64,000 nucleotides of DNA, taken from assembly GCA_016199085.1 (NCBI GenBank), contig JACQHJ010000003.1:103517-167516 (forward strand), read 5' to 3'. This stretch comes from Candidatus Levyibacteriota bacterium (GTDB lineage Bacteria > Patescibacteriota > Microgenomatia > Levybacterales > UBA12049). The position numbers and the translations under genes are program-made. Under the pieces are notes generated by a model. That model saw only the letters and a program-made list of their open reading frames with translations. It did no database searches and was not told where the DNA came from. This document shows positions 9,733 through 18,479 of the stretch, piece by piece. Each line of letters starts with the position of its first letter. The stretch's first letter is position 1.

Positions 9733-10611
9733 TTAAATTCCTTTTACAGCTTGTTTATATGTATCTTTTAAATAATTATTGTTTAAAAGTATGCCGACAA
9801 GAATTAAAACATAGGCTTTTGTAAAAAGTAAAACTTTTAGAATTAGATATTCGGGATATGATTTATGTTTTTTGTAAAAATACAAAAGGTTTTTATAGAT
9901 ATTAACAATTGCAAAAGTCCTATTGGTACTGCCGTGTTCCTCGTGCAAAACATTTGTAAAAGGATAAAAATAGGTTAAGAATCCTTTTTGTTTTGCTCTA
10001 AAACAAAGCTCCATATCCTCCGTATACATAAAAATGTTTTCATCGAAACCATTCAGCTTCTCAAAAACATCTCTTCGTATCATAAATAACCCTCCTTTTA
10101 CCCAGTCTACTTTTTTAATTTCCCTGGGACTTTTATCAACCATTCCCAGCCTTTGTAAGCCGGCTAAAAGCATTGTCACCGAAAAAAGATTATAAAAACT
10201 TCCGCTACTTATTTGCAAAGATTCGTCCATATTTTTTAATTGTCCACCTAAAATCGAAACTTTTTGGTTTTTATTCAGATAATTAACCATTTCCAAAAGA
10301 CTTTTGTCTTTAACAACCGTATCGTTATTTAAAAATAACAAATATTCTCCCTCTGCCCCTTTAGCTCCGATATTGCATCCTTTTCCAAAACCATAATTTT
10401 GATCATTTTCAATTACCTTTGAATTTTTATATTTTTTGCTCTCAACTTCTTTTTTAATTTCGTCTGCTTCTTTGCCAGATGCATTATCAACCACGATAAC
10501 TTCCATTAGATTCTTTTCAAATTCGTCCCTAAATTGATCATATAAGGACTTAAGGCACGAAAGGGTTAATTCCTTCTTTTTGTAATTTAACGTAATGATT
10601 GAAATAAGCAT
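9733..10611 (-). CDS. Family 2 glycosyltransferase
   Basis: ISIITLNYKKKELTLSCLKSL...VIVVDNASG and FLNNDT are GT2 motifs. Confidence 0.8.
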   Translation of the reverse strand: MLISIITLNYKKKELTLSCLKSLYDQFRDEFEKNLMEVIVVDNASGKEADEIKKEVESKKYKNSKVIENDQNYGFGKGCNIGAKGAEGEYLLFLNNDTVVKDKSLLEMVNYLNKNQKVSILGGQLKNMDESLQISSGSFYNLFSVTMLLAGLQRLGMVDKSPREIKKVDWVKGGLFMIRRDVFEKLNGFDENIFMYTEDMELCFRAKQKGFLTYFYPFTNVLHEEHGSTNRTFAIVNIYKNLLYFYKKHKSYPEYLILKVLLFTKAYVLILVGILLNNNYLKDTYKQAVKGI

Positions 10612-10612
10612 T

Positions 10613-10879
10613 TTAAATACCCCCGGTGAAGATAAAAAATATTATTGAAAAACCAAGAAGACCAATTAGAAGATATTCGACAATAATTTTATTTGTCAGC
10701 TCGTGATTAAGTTTGTGATGTAAAATTCCCCAGAAAACATACGAGGCAATTGTTAAAACTATTATCAGTATCTGTAAATTTGTGTTGGGAGATGCAAAAA
10801 CCGTAGCCAGTAAGCCAATACTAAAAATTATCAAAAGCAGTAAATAGTAATTAAGATGTTTTAAAAATTTCTTTATCAT
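10613..10879 (-). CDS. Small 3-TM membrane protein of unknown function (possibly a DUF2304-like GT2 companion)
   Basis: 88 aa and almost entirely hydrophobic. Sits immediately upstream of the two GT2 genes. Confidence 0.4.
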   Translation of the reverse strand: MIKKFLKHLNYYLLLLIIFSIGLLATVFASPNTNLQILIIVLTIASYVFWGILHHKLNHELTNKIIVEYLLIGLLGFSIIFFIFTGGI

Positions 10880-10880
10880 T

Positions 10881-11825
10881 TTAGACTATATATCCTTTAA
10901 TAATTACCAATATCAAAGCAAGAATAAGTCCTAAAAACATTATGTGATCCAAGTTGTGACCTACAAACCTTAGTATCTTTTTTCTTTCAATTATTATCAT
11001 ATCTAGAATAAAGACAAACATAAATATAGTGATTGCAACGGAGGCTAGATTTGAGGAAAATGTTTCCGCGTTAATAAGCGGTTTTATCTTGGGATTTACA
11101 TTACTTGCAACAGTTTCGGTATTGGTCTTTTCTTGGGCCAAAGGAGATGACTCCTCTTCAACCAAAGCCTGGGCTTTGGGAACTTGGGCAAAAGATTCCT
11201 CTGTTGATCCGGTTGCAACCTCTTTAACTGTTTCCTCTTGAGTCTTACTCGGTGCTGCAGCAAGAGTTGTGCTACCAAACATCTCTACAACCACAACAGT
11301 ATCTTCTCCGTTTAAGTTTCCAGTTACGACGGCAAAGCCTACATTATTATAATTTGGGGAAAGAATATTGTCCTTATGTGATTGACTTGCCATCCAGGCA
11401 TTAATTACGTCGGAGGTGTTAGTATATCCCCTAGCCAAATTTTCCCCTGCAAAGGTATAATTGTAGCCAGCTCCTCTAATAAAAACCCAGGGAGTGGCAC
11501 CATCTGGAGCTATATGAGCCCAGTATCCTTTGGCAAGCATATCGCTTCCCTTATTAGCTGCTGCCGTATTTAGTCTCCCATCTAAACTCAACGGGGGAAG
11601 ACCGCTTTCTTGTCTTTTTTGATTAGTCAATATAAGCAGTTGATCTATGGAGACATCAGAAGATATACCCAAAATCTCCGGGTAGTTAGTCTTTGCAAAA
11701 GACATCAAAAGACCTGCTGAGAAAAAGAAAAGCGTTAGAAGCAAAAGAATCTTTGGATGAAGCAATCTTGGCCTGTAATTATTTGAAGTTTGAGGAGTAA
11801 AAAAATGATAAATAAAGCTAACCAT
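10881..11825 (-). CDS. CAP (SCP/PR-1/YkwD-like) domain protein with N- and C-terminal membrane anchors
   Basis: GYWAHIAPDG...FAGENLARGY...AWMASQSHKDNIL...VGFAV is the CAP-domain core. Confidence 0.7.
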   Translation of the reverse strand: MVSFIYHFFTPQTSNNYRPRLLHPKILLLLTLFFFSAGLLMSFAKTNYPEILGISSDVSIDQLLILTNQKRQESGLPPLSLDGRLNTAAANKGSDMLAKGYWAHIAPDGATPWVFIRGAGYNYTFAGENLARGYTNTSDVINAWMASQSHKDNILSPNYNNVGFAVVTGNLNGEDTVVVVEMFGSTTLAAAPSKTQEETVKEVATGSTEESFAQVPKAQALVEEESSPLAQEKTNTETVASNVNPKIKPLINAETFSSNLASVAITIFMFVFILDMIIIERKKILRFVGHNLDHIMFLGLILALILVIIKGYIV

Positions 11826-11828
11826 ATT

Positions 11829-12146
11829 TTAATTATATACTGGCTCTTCCATTTCTCCAACTTTTCTTTCATTAACAGGAATTTTAAGCAAATATGAAAG
11901 AGTGTTTGCGATAGCTATTCCAACCCTAAGCCCAGTAAACGAACCAGGGCCTTTGTTTACTTCAATTTTTGATAAATCTTTTGGGGAAAGATTATTATCT
12001 TTTAATACTTTTTCTATTAATAAAAGGCACGTTTGGGATTTTAATTTCTTAGAATCTGAAACTACTATATTTCTCTTTCCGCCAGTTTCAATTCCAATCT
12101 TTACTTTCTTATTGCTTGAAGTATCAATAATCAAAATATTGCCCAT
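11829..12146 (-). CDS. tsaB: tRNA t6A biosynthesis protein TsaB (YeaZ) with the N-terminal half only (105 aa)
   Basis: ILIIDTSSNK...GPGSFTGLRVGIAIANTL is the TsaB N-terminal motif. The CAP gene follows immediately, so the short length is native and not a frameshift. Confidence 0.7.
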   Translation of the reverse strand: MGNILIIDTSSNKKVKIGIETGGKRNIVVSDSKKLKSQTCLLLIEKVLKDNNLSPKDLSKIEVNKGPGSFTGLRVGIAIANTLSYLLKIPVNERKVGEMEEPVYN

Positions 12147-12148
12147 AC

Positions 12149-12730
12149 TTATATCTTAAGCTCTACAGCGCCTTTTCGCAAAATTTGCCAGGGGGTTTTG
12201 GTACAGTCGACAACAGTCGAGGCATTTTTTATGCTACATTCTCCCTCCAAGACAAAATCTACCGATTGAACAAGATATTTATTCAGCATATTTTTTGAGT
12301 AAGGAGTTTGTTCACCATGTATATTTGCGGAAGGACCAAGGATGGGAACGCCGGTTTTTTCAATAATCTCAAGTATTTGCTTATCATTGGGCATTCTGAT
12401 TCCGATATTGCCTCCCCCTCCCCTGACTAAAGACGGAACGAGATCTTTTCTTGCTTTTAAAACAATTGTTAGGGCTCCTGGCCAGTATTTCTTAATTAAT
12501 TTTTCTTCAACATTTGCTTCCAAACTCTCCCAATATTTTTTTGCCATTTCTATACTTGATACTAAAACAGGAGTCGCCATACGAATAGGTCTTTGACGAA
12601 GATTAAATAAGCGCTCTATTGCATCGATTCTATCTATTCTACAACCAATACCAAAAGCAGTATCTGTTGGAAAAATTATTATTCCACCACTATTTAAAAT
12701 CTGTACAGCCTTATCAATATCGCTATTCAT
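12149..12730 (-). CDS. tsaC: L-threonylcarbamoyladenylate synthase TsaC/YrdC
   Basis: IIIFPTDTAFGIGC and RPIRMATPVLV are YrdC-fold signatures. Confidence 0.85.
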   Translation of the reverse strand: MNSDIDKAVQILNSGGIIIFPTDTAFGIGCRIDRIDAIERLFNLRQRPIRMATPVLVSSIEMAKKYWESLEANVEEKLIKKYWPGALTIVLKARKDLVPSLVRGGGGNIGIRMPNDKQILEIIEKTGVPILGPSANIHGEQTPYSKNMLNKYLVQSVDFVLEGECSIKNASTVVDCTKTPWQILRKGAVELKI

Positions 12731-13154
12731 GGCTTTCCATTGTTATCTTTCTTGTATTATCATCTACATATTCAAATCTTAAATCAATTCTTTTTAGGGG
12801 TAACAAATCCAAAAGCTTTTCCGCCCATTCGATTGCAACTATATTTTTGTCATCCGACAATATCTCGTCTATGCCAATACCCAACAAATCTTCCCTTGTT
12901 TTTGTCCTGTAAAGATCAATGTGATAGAAATTTAAATCATTGAAATCGTAATGCCTTGCAATAATAAAGGTGGGTGAAATTATCCTTCTTGCAATTCCAA
13001 GTCCTTTTGCAAGTCCTTGAATAAAACTCGTTTTACCGCTTCCCAATTGTCCATAGAAACATAAAATGTCACCTGATTTAATAGTTTTTGCAAAATCAAA
13101 AGCAACATTTTGGGTTTCTTTTAGACTTTGCGTTGTAATAATTTTAGAATACAT
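12723..13154 (-). CDS. tsaE: tRNA t6A ATPase TsaE (YjeE)
   Basis: Walker A GQLGSGKTSF and the SPTF motif. Confidence 0.85.
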   Translation of the reverse strand: MYSKIITTQSLKETQNVAFDFAKTIKSGDILCFYGQLGSGKTSFIQGLAKGLGIARRIISPTFIIARHYDFNDLNFYHIDLYRTKTREDLLGIGIDEILSDDKNIVAIEWAEKLLDLLPLKRIDLRFEYVDDNTRKITMESHE

Positions 13155-13187
13155 TGTCTTTAGAATTTTTATATGACCAGAAAAATA

Positions 13188-14015
13188 CTATACCACAAAG
13201 GGAGAGAAAAAGACTCCAAGGGCAATAAAAATTACCCCAATTTTATTATCACTACTTGCTCCTTCTACATATGTGACAACACCTTTGTCTTCATCGGGTT
13301 TATCCATATCTCCAAGAACTGACTGATCTAAAGCTGGCGTTGAATAACTAGTAGGAGGCGTAACTGTAGTAGTAGTCGACAAAGCAGGAGTTGGGGTTTT
13401 AGAAGGAGTAGGGAGAGGAGTTACCGTAGAAGTTGGTTTAATTGTAGGAGTGGGAGTTGGAGACTTTGTTGGAGTTAGTGTTTGAGTCGGAGTTGGTGAA
13501 TTGGTTGGAGATGGAGTAAGCGTTGGCGTAGGCGCAACAACTGCAATTATCACCGGTTCACATGCAGTGCTTTCCTCAGTGCACCACTTTGGATCTATTC
13601 CAGTTGCAGTATATCTTCCAAGTTTAAAACTATAATTCCCACTCCCTTTAAAACTCGCGTCTTGAGTATCTAATTTAAACTCGATAGAGCCACTCCATTG
13701 CCCATTTGGATCCATTGTAACTTGATAATACTTTGCCTTATCTCCTTCATCATCATTGTGCCATTCACCAAAGTTATTCTTTGTATAACCAAGATAAGAA
13801 GGAGGAGGATCTGAGTGCGAAAATACTCCTTTAATATAATAAACATTTCCTGAAGAGTTGTTTATTTCAAGATTAATATTTACAAAAAATGTATCAGTTT
13901 CATTAAGAGTAGTTGGGGCTCCCGAAAAGGTAAAAGTGGCTGCCGAGACTGTATTTACTATTGTTAAATAAATTAACAATAGTGCAAAAGCAATTAAAAT
14001 ATTTATTGCTTTCAT
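13188..14015 (-). CDS. Secreted/surface protein with a Thr/Pro-rich linker and a C-terminal hydrophobic anchor
   Basis: Signal-like N-terminus, then a PTPTLTPSPTNSPTPTQTLTPTKSPTPTPT... run, ending in a C-terminal TM segment. Confidence 0.5.
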   Translation of the reverse strand: MKAINILIAFALLLIYLTIVNTVSAATFTFSGAPTTLNETDTFFVNINLEINNSSGNVYYIKGVFSHSDPPPSYLGYTKNNFGEWHNDDEGDKAKYYQVTMDPNGQWSGSIEFKLDTQDASFKGSGNYSFKLGRYTATGIDPKWCTEESTACEPVIIAVVAPTPTLTPSPTNSPTPTQTLTPTKSPTPTPTIKPTSTVTPLPTPSKTPTPALSTTTTVTPPTSYSTPALDQSVLGDMDKPDEDKGVVTYVEGASSDNKIGVIFIALGVFFSPFVV

Positions 14016-14037
14016 TAATAATAAATTCTAGTAAAAA

Positions 14038-15273
14038 TCACTTTATCTCTATTTTCTCTATTGAGTTTATGTTCGAAACAGAGTAGTGATCTGTAAATTT
14101 TATATGATGTCCGTTGGGCACAAAAGGATCGTACATTGTATAATCTCCGTTAGATCCGCTTACAAAGACGACAAAATGATCAGGTCCTCTTCCAATTCCT
14201 ATAATAACTGGTCTTCCGGCACTTAACTCACCATCTATGGTTGCGTATACCCTCTCCAATGTCATTCCATCTGCGCTTATTCTCTTATTTAGATATGCCG
14301 GATAATATGAGGCAAAGTTTGAAGAATTTGAATTTATAGTTTGAGGGGTTACGCCCTTTTTGCCTAAATGAGTATAAACCATAGCCATGGCAGTAACCAA
14401 ACAACCATCCGATGCGAGAGTATACTGAGTACCATTTAGAGAATTGTTGCCCCACTGGCTGTCTCTTTGATTGTAATAGCAACCCCAATCATCACAATAT
14501 GTCTGTCCTGAGAGGATTGATGCTCCACCCTGGCTTGTTACGAATCTTTGAAAACCGGCTAGTTGGGCTTTTGCTTGAGCAAGAAGTCTTTGATAATTTG
14601 CTTCTGAGCCTTGAGTTTCTGTCAGAAGCCTTTGTTTTGCTTGTTTATCTTGTTCTAACTTATTATCATATTCTTCTAGCTGGATCTTTAAGCTTTCCAC
14701 TTTTTTCTTTTCATCTTCAAATATCTCTTTTTGATTTGCATAATCTACCTTTGCCTGCTGGGTCTGATAAATAAGTTGTTTATCATGAGCTTGAGCTCTT
14801 TTTAAATAGTTAAGTCTTGAGAAGAAATCCGAAGCATCGGAGGAAGTAAGAAGGATTTGCAATGGCTGTATTGTTCCAACCTCGTAAGTTGCAACCATTC
14901 TATTAAGCAAAACTTCGACCAATTCGTTCAATGACCTTTCAAGACCCGATATTTTTTTAGTTGTAGTATCAATATCCAAAGTAATATCAGTAATCTGTTC
15001 CTGAGTTGAGGCAATTTGATACTCAGTTAATTTAATCTGATTATCCATAACTGCAATCTGTGAAGACAGAGTGTTTGCCTGACTCTTTAATTCATTAATC
15101 TTGCTTGTGTACTCGCTAATTTTATTTTGTAAATCTTGGTTAGCTGGAGAAGTTGTTGGAGTTGGCGTAGGGCTTGATTGGGCAAGAGAAAAACCTTTAG
15201 TAAAAATTAAGACCAGAAAAATGATTAAAAATATTATTGTTTTTTTTAAAAAATTCATAGAACATAAAGTCAT
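14038..15273 (-). CDS. PcsB/EnvC-like coiled-coil protein with a C-terminal papain-like (Peptidase_C39-like) cysteine peptidase domain, the putative FtsEX-regulated cell-wall hydrolase
   Basis: Signal peptide, then about 200 aa of heptad-rich Q/E/K sequence. The C-terminal domain carries the Q...C...H...D pattern (YYNQRDSQWGN, SDGCLVTAMAMV, GPDHFVVFV, DYTMYDP). It lies immediately downstream of ftsX. The start may be the internal MNFLKK at about 15258. Confidence 0.65.
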   Translation of the reverse strand: MTLCSMNFLKKTIIFLIIFLVLIFTKGFSLAQSSPTPTPTTSPANQDLQNKISEYTSKINELKSQANTLSSQIAVMDNQIKLTEYQIASTQEQITDITLDIDTTTKKISGLERSLNELVEVLLNRMVATYEVGTIQPLQILLTSSDASDFFSRLNYLKRAQAHDKQLIYQTQQAKVDYANQKEIFEDEKKKVESLKIQLEEYDNKLEQDKQAKQRLLTETQGSEANYQRLLAQAKAQLAGFQRFVTSQGGASILSGQTYCDDWGCYYNQRDSQWGNNSLNGTQYTLASDGCLVTAMAMVYTHLGKKGVTPQTINSNSSNFASYYPAYLNKRISADGMTLERVYATIDGELSAGRPVIIGIGRGPDHFVVFVSGSNGDYTMYDPFVPNGHHIKFTDHYSVSNINSIEKIEIK

Positions 15274-16136
15274 TTAAGATATCTTAAAACAGCCAAAAAG
15301 CTTGAGATAATACCAAGTAATGCAGCAAGCAATAATTCAAGTCCTAAAAGCATAAGTAAATCCATAGCTGGAACCGGGATAATGGGAATTCCTTTTAGGA
15401 AAGACTCTAGAAATGGAGTTGCATATAAAAGCGTGGCCGTTGAAATAGACCAACCAATTACTGCACCAATCATTCCGTAAAATATTCCTTCTATGATAAA
15501 AGGCCATCTTATATACCAATTGGTTGCTCCGATAAGCTTCATTATCTCAATATCTTCCTTTTTATGAGAGATCTTTATTCCAATTATTGTAACCATAATA
15601 AAGACTGAGACAAGTGATAAGAGAACTATTAAGGCAATGCCGATTTTTCTGATTGCATTAGTCCAGGAAGTTAATGCTGAAACAACATCCTTTTGATAGA
15701 TTACTTCTGAAACAATCGGAGATTTTTTAAGTGTATCTGAAATGGGTGCCAAATCTTCGATTTTAATTGCGGATATTTCAAAAGATGCAGGCAGGACGTC
15801 TGCCGTTACCAAATCAAGCAAAAGAGGATCGTCTTTATTCTGCTCTTTATAAATGCTTAAAGCCTGTTCTTTGGAAACATATTTAATTGACGCAATTTTA
15901 CCACTCGTTGAAAGCTGGTTTTCAAGCGCATTAATATCAGCTTGGGGTGCATCGTTTTTGAAAAAAGCGGTAACCTGAGGTTTTGATTCAAAAAAATTAA
16001 CTATTTTTGAAGATCCTACAAGTATAAATGTAAAAAAGGAAACGACCAAGAAAGTTAAGGTCATAATTAGAATTGCAGCAAAAGCCTGATAAGGCGACCT
16101 TCTGATATTTCTCCAAGCTGTGCTAAAGAATTTCAT
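15270..16136 (-). CDS. ftsX: Cell division permease FtsX
   Basis: Four-TM FtsX topology with a large extracytoplasmic loop. The 4-bp overlap with ftsE gives operon context. Confidence 0.85.
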   Translation of the reverse strand: MKFFSTAWRNIRRSPYQAFAAILIMTLTFLVVSFFTFILVGSSKIVNFFESKPQVTAFFKNDAPQADINALENQLSTSGKIASIKYVSKEQALSIYKEQNKDDPLLLDLVTADVLPASFEISAIKIEDLAPISDTLKKSPIVSEVIYQKDVVSALTSWTNAIRKIGIALIVLLSLVSVFIMVTIIGIKISHKKEDIEIMKLIGATNWYIRWPFIIEGIFYGMIGAVIGWSISTATLLYATPFLESFLKGIPIIPVPAMDLLMLLGLELLLAALLGIISSFLAVLRYLK

Positions 16137-16939
16137 TCTTTCTTTTCCTCCTTTTGGCTTTTTTCATCTTTTTCTTGGCCTTCTTGATCTTTTTGTTCAA
16201 CATGTTCTTCATGTTTTTTCTCTTTCTCTTCGTGTTTCTCCTCATGCTTTTCTTCGTGCTTTTTCTCCTCATGATGGCCTTTTTCTTCCTTTATAACTCT
16301 TCCCTTATCCAAATGAACAACTCTTTTGTTCATGCTTTTGACTATGTCAACATTATGCGTTGCCATAATAACCGTAGTTCCCATTTTATTAATGTCTGAT
16401 AATATCTTTACTATTTCCCAGGAAGTGGCTGCATCAAGGTTTCCCGTTGGCTCATCGGCAAGAAGAATCTCTGGGGAAAGGATTAATGCTCTTGCTATGG
16501 CTGTTCTTTGCAGCTCTCCTCCTGAAAGCTGAATCGGGAATTTGTCTTTGTGTTCCAATAAACCCACTTGTCTTAATATTTCTTCTACTCTTTGTGATAC
16601 TTTTTTTGCATTTTCTCCGGAGACTTCAAGGGGTAGAACTACGTTTTCAAAAATAGTCCTATCTGCCAAAAGCTTTAAATCCTGGAAAACAACGCCTATT
16701 TTTTTTCTAAAAGAAGAGAGCTTTCCTTTGGAGAGCTTAACAACATCAAATTCATTGATGAAAATGCTTCCCTCAGAGGGTAAAGTATCTCTTATTAAAA
16801 GTCTAAAGAGAGTTGTTTTACCGCTACCTGTTGGACCTACCAAAAAAATAAATTCTCCTTTATCAACTAAAAGAGAAACTTCGGAAAGCGCAAGAGTTCC
16901 TGTTGCAAATTTTTTAGATACTTTATCAAGTTTTATCAT
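16133..16939 (-). CDS. ftsE: Cell division ATP-binding protein FtsE with a roughly 45-aa His/Glu/Lys-rich C-terminal tail
   Basis: Walker A GPTGSGKTT, ABC signature LSGGELQR, Walker B LLADEPTGNLD. The tail reads HHEEKKHEEKHEEKHEEKEKKHEEH. Confidence 0.9.
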   Translation of the reverse strand: MIKLDKVSKKFATGTLALSEVSLLVDKGEFIFLVGPTGSGKTTLFRLLIRDTLPSEGSIFINEFDVVKLSKGKLSSFRKKIGVVFQDLKLLADRTIFENVVLPLEVSGENAKKVSQRVEEILRQVGLLEHKDKFPIQLSGGELQRTAIARALILSPEILLADEPTGNLDAATSWEIVKILSDINKMGTTVIMATHNVDIVKSMNKRVVHLDKGRVIKEEKGHHEEKKHEEKHEEKHEEKEKKHEEHVEQKDQEGQEKDEKSQKEEKKE

Positions 16940-17418
16940 TACAAAACCTCAACTCTTCCTACATCCATTAACCATCCTGCGTGTTGAGCTTTTTGTGTTT
17001 CTCCCCAGACCTTTATTTTCCTACTGACAAACTGTGATAAATCAACAATTGAGGAAGTAAGGTAAACGTTTTGGCTTTCTCCACCGGGTCTTTCCAGATG
17101 AAATGCACCTTCGCCGTCTATCCCGCCTTCTTTTAATGTTCCCTCAACAACGTCTTTGAAAGTTTTAGTATCTTTTGATCCAACGATAGTTCCTTTAGGT
17201 GCGGAAGATAAATTCAAGATATTATTTGTTTTTGATCCAGAAGTTTGGCCACCAATACTGCCGGAAAGGAAGAATCCGGTCATTATTCCCAAAACTACGA
17301 CTAAAATTAAAGCACCTACTATTTTAGGAGAGTATTTTGATTTCATAGCATTTTTATCGAAGTTTTTGATCAAAGGTTGATCTGTAATTCTTTCTTGCTC
17401 GTTTTTTTCTGTCTCCAT
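16939..17418 (-). CDS. Single-pass membrane protein of unknown function, first gene of the predicted ftsEX operon
   Basis: 159 aa with one TM (IVGALILVVVLGIMTGFFL) and an extracytoplasmic domain. ATGA overlap with ftsE. Confidence 0.4.
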   Translation of the reverse strand: METEKNEQERITDQPLIKNFDKNAMKSKYSPKIVGALILVVVLGIMTGFFLSGSIGGQTSGSKTNNILNLSSAPKGTIVGSKDTKTFKDVVEGTLKEGGIDGEGAFHLERPGGESQNVYLTSSIVDLSQFVSRKIKVWGETQKAQHAGWLMDVGRVEVL

Positions 17419-17474
17419 TAACTTTAAATCACCTCCTCATCTAGTAAACCATATTTCAAGGCTTTTAGCAACCT

Positions 17475-18476
17475 TTAAAGGAGTCTTAGTTCCTCTTCAA
17501 TGAAGCTATCTATCTCTCCATTTAAGACAGATTCCGTATTTGAGGTCTCAAAATTGGTTCTTAAGTCTTTTACCATTTTATAAGGATGCAAAACATATGA
17601 TCTTATCTGGTTTCCCCAGCCTGGAGTCTTATACCCGCCCTTAAGGCTTTGCTCATGCTTTTTCCTCTCTTCTTCCTGTAGAAACCAAAGCTTGGCACGA
17701 AGCATTTTTAAGGCATATTCCCTGTTTTGGCCCTGATAGCGTTCACTTTGGGCCGTAACTATGATTCCCGTTGGCTTATGAGTTAGTCTTACCGCAGTTG
17801 ATACTTTATTTACGTTTTGGCCGCCATGGCCTCCGCTTCTGAAAAAATCCCACTCCAAATCGTCGTCTTTTATCTCAAGTTTTCCCTCCTCAATGTCTGG
17901 CAATACTTCAACCAAAGCAAAAGAGGTTTGCCTTAGCTTATCCGCGTTAAAAGGAGATTGCCTGACAAGCCTATGGACCCCTGCTTCGTGTTTTAGGAAG
18001 CCGTAGGCATATGGACCGTCAACTTGGATGGTTATGCTCTTTAAACCGGCTTCTTCACCTGGTGTTTGTTCAATTATCTCCTGCTTGAAGTCGCGTCTTT
18101 CAAAAAACCTCGAGTACATTCTATAAAGCATGTTCGTCCAGTCCATTGCCTCAACTCCTCCCTGGCCTGAATGCAAAGCCAAAATTGCCGAACCTTTATC
18201 AAAATCGCCTGAGAAGTAAAGTAAATTCTCAAATTCTTTAACCAAAGTCTTTGCCTCATCAAGACTTCCTGTTTCCAAAAGTTCTAAAAGCGTCTCTGCT
18301 TTTTTTATCTCTTCGGAAAGTCCTGCTAGTTCTTTCATTCTTGAAGAAGCCGATCTTTGATCTTTCCAAAAGTCAGGATGGGAACTTTGGACCTCAATTT
18401 CTCTAACCATCTTTCTCTTTTGGTCAATATTAAATTTTTCTAAGGCTTTTTGTGCTCTTATCTTTAAATCTTCCAT
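17475..18476 (-). CDS. prfB: Peptide chain release factor 2
   Basis: SPF tripeptide (RQSPFNADK) and [21 protein letters not shown]. It is a single frame, with no +1 frameshift site. Confidence 0.9.
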   Translation of the reverse strand: MEDLKIRAQKALEKFNIDQKRKMVREIEVQSSHPDFWKDQRSASSRMKELAGLSEEIKKAETLLELLETGSLDEAKTLVKEFENLLYFSGDFDKGSAILALHSGQGGVEAMDWTNMLYRMYSRFFERRDFKQEIIEQTPGEEAGLKSITIQVDGPYAYGFLKHEAGVHRLVRQSPFNADKLRQTSFALVEVLPDIEEGKLEIKDDDLEWDFFRSGGHGGQNVNKVSTAVRLTHKPTGIIVTAQSERYQGQNREYALKMLRAKLWFLQEEERKKHEQSLKGGYKTPGWGNQIRSYVLHPYKMVKDLRTNFETSNTESVLNGEIDSFIEEELRLL

Positions 18477-18479
18477 AAA

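Noticed and set aside
16154-16399. 81-aa ORF of pure F/L/M repeats on the plus strand
   Set aside because: It is the reverse-strand reading of the HEEK codon repeat in the ftsE tail, so it is not an independent gene.
17475-18476. Looked for the programmed +1 frameshift (CUU UGA C) in prfB
   Set aside because: RF2 reads through as a single 333-aa frame directly after the mntH stop codon. There is no internal UGA or shift site. The gene is simply of the non-autoregulated type.
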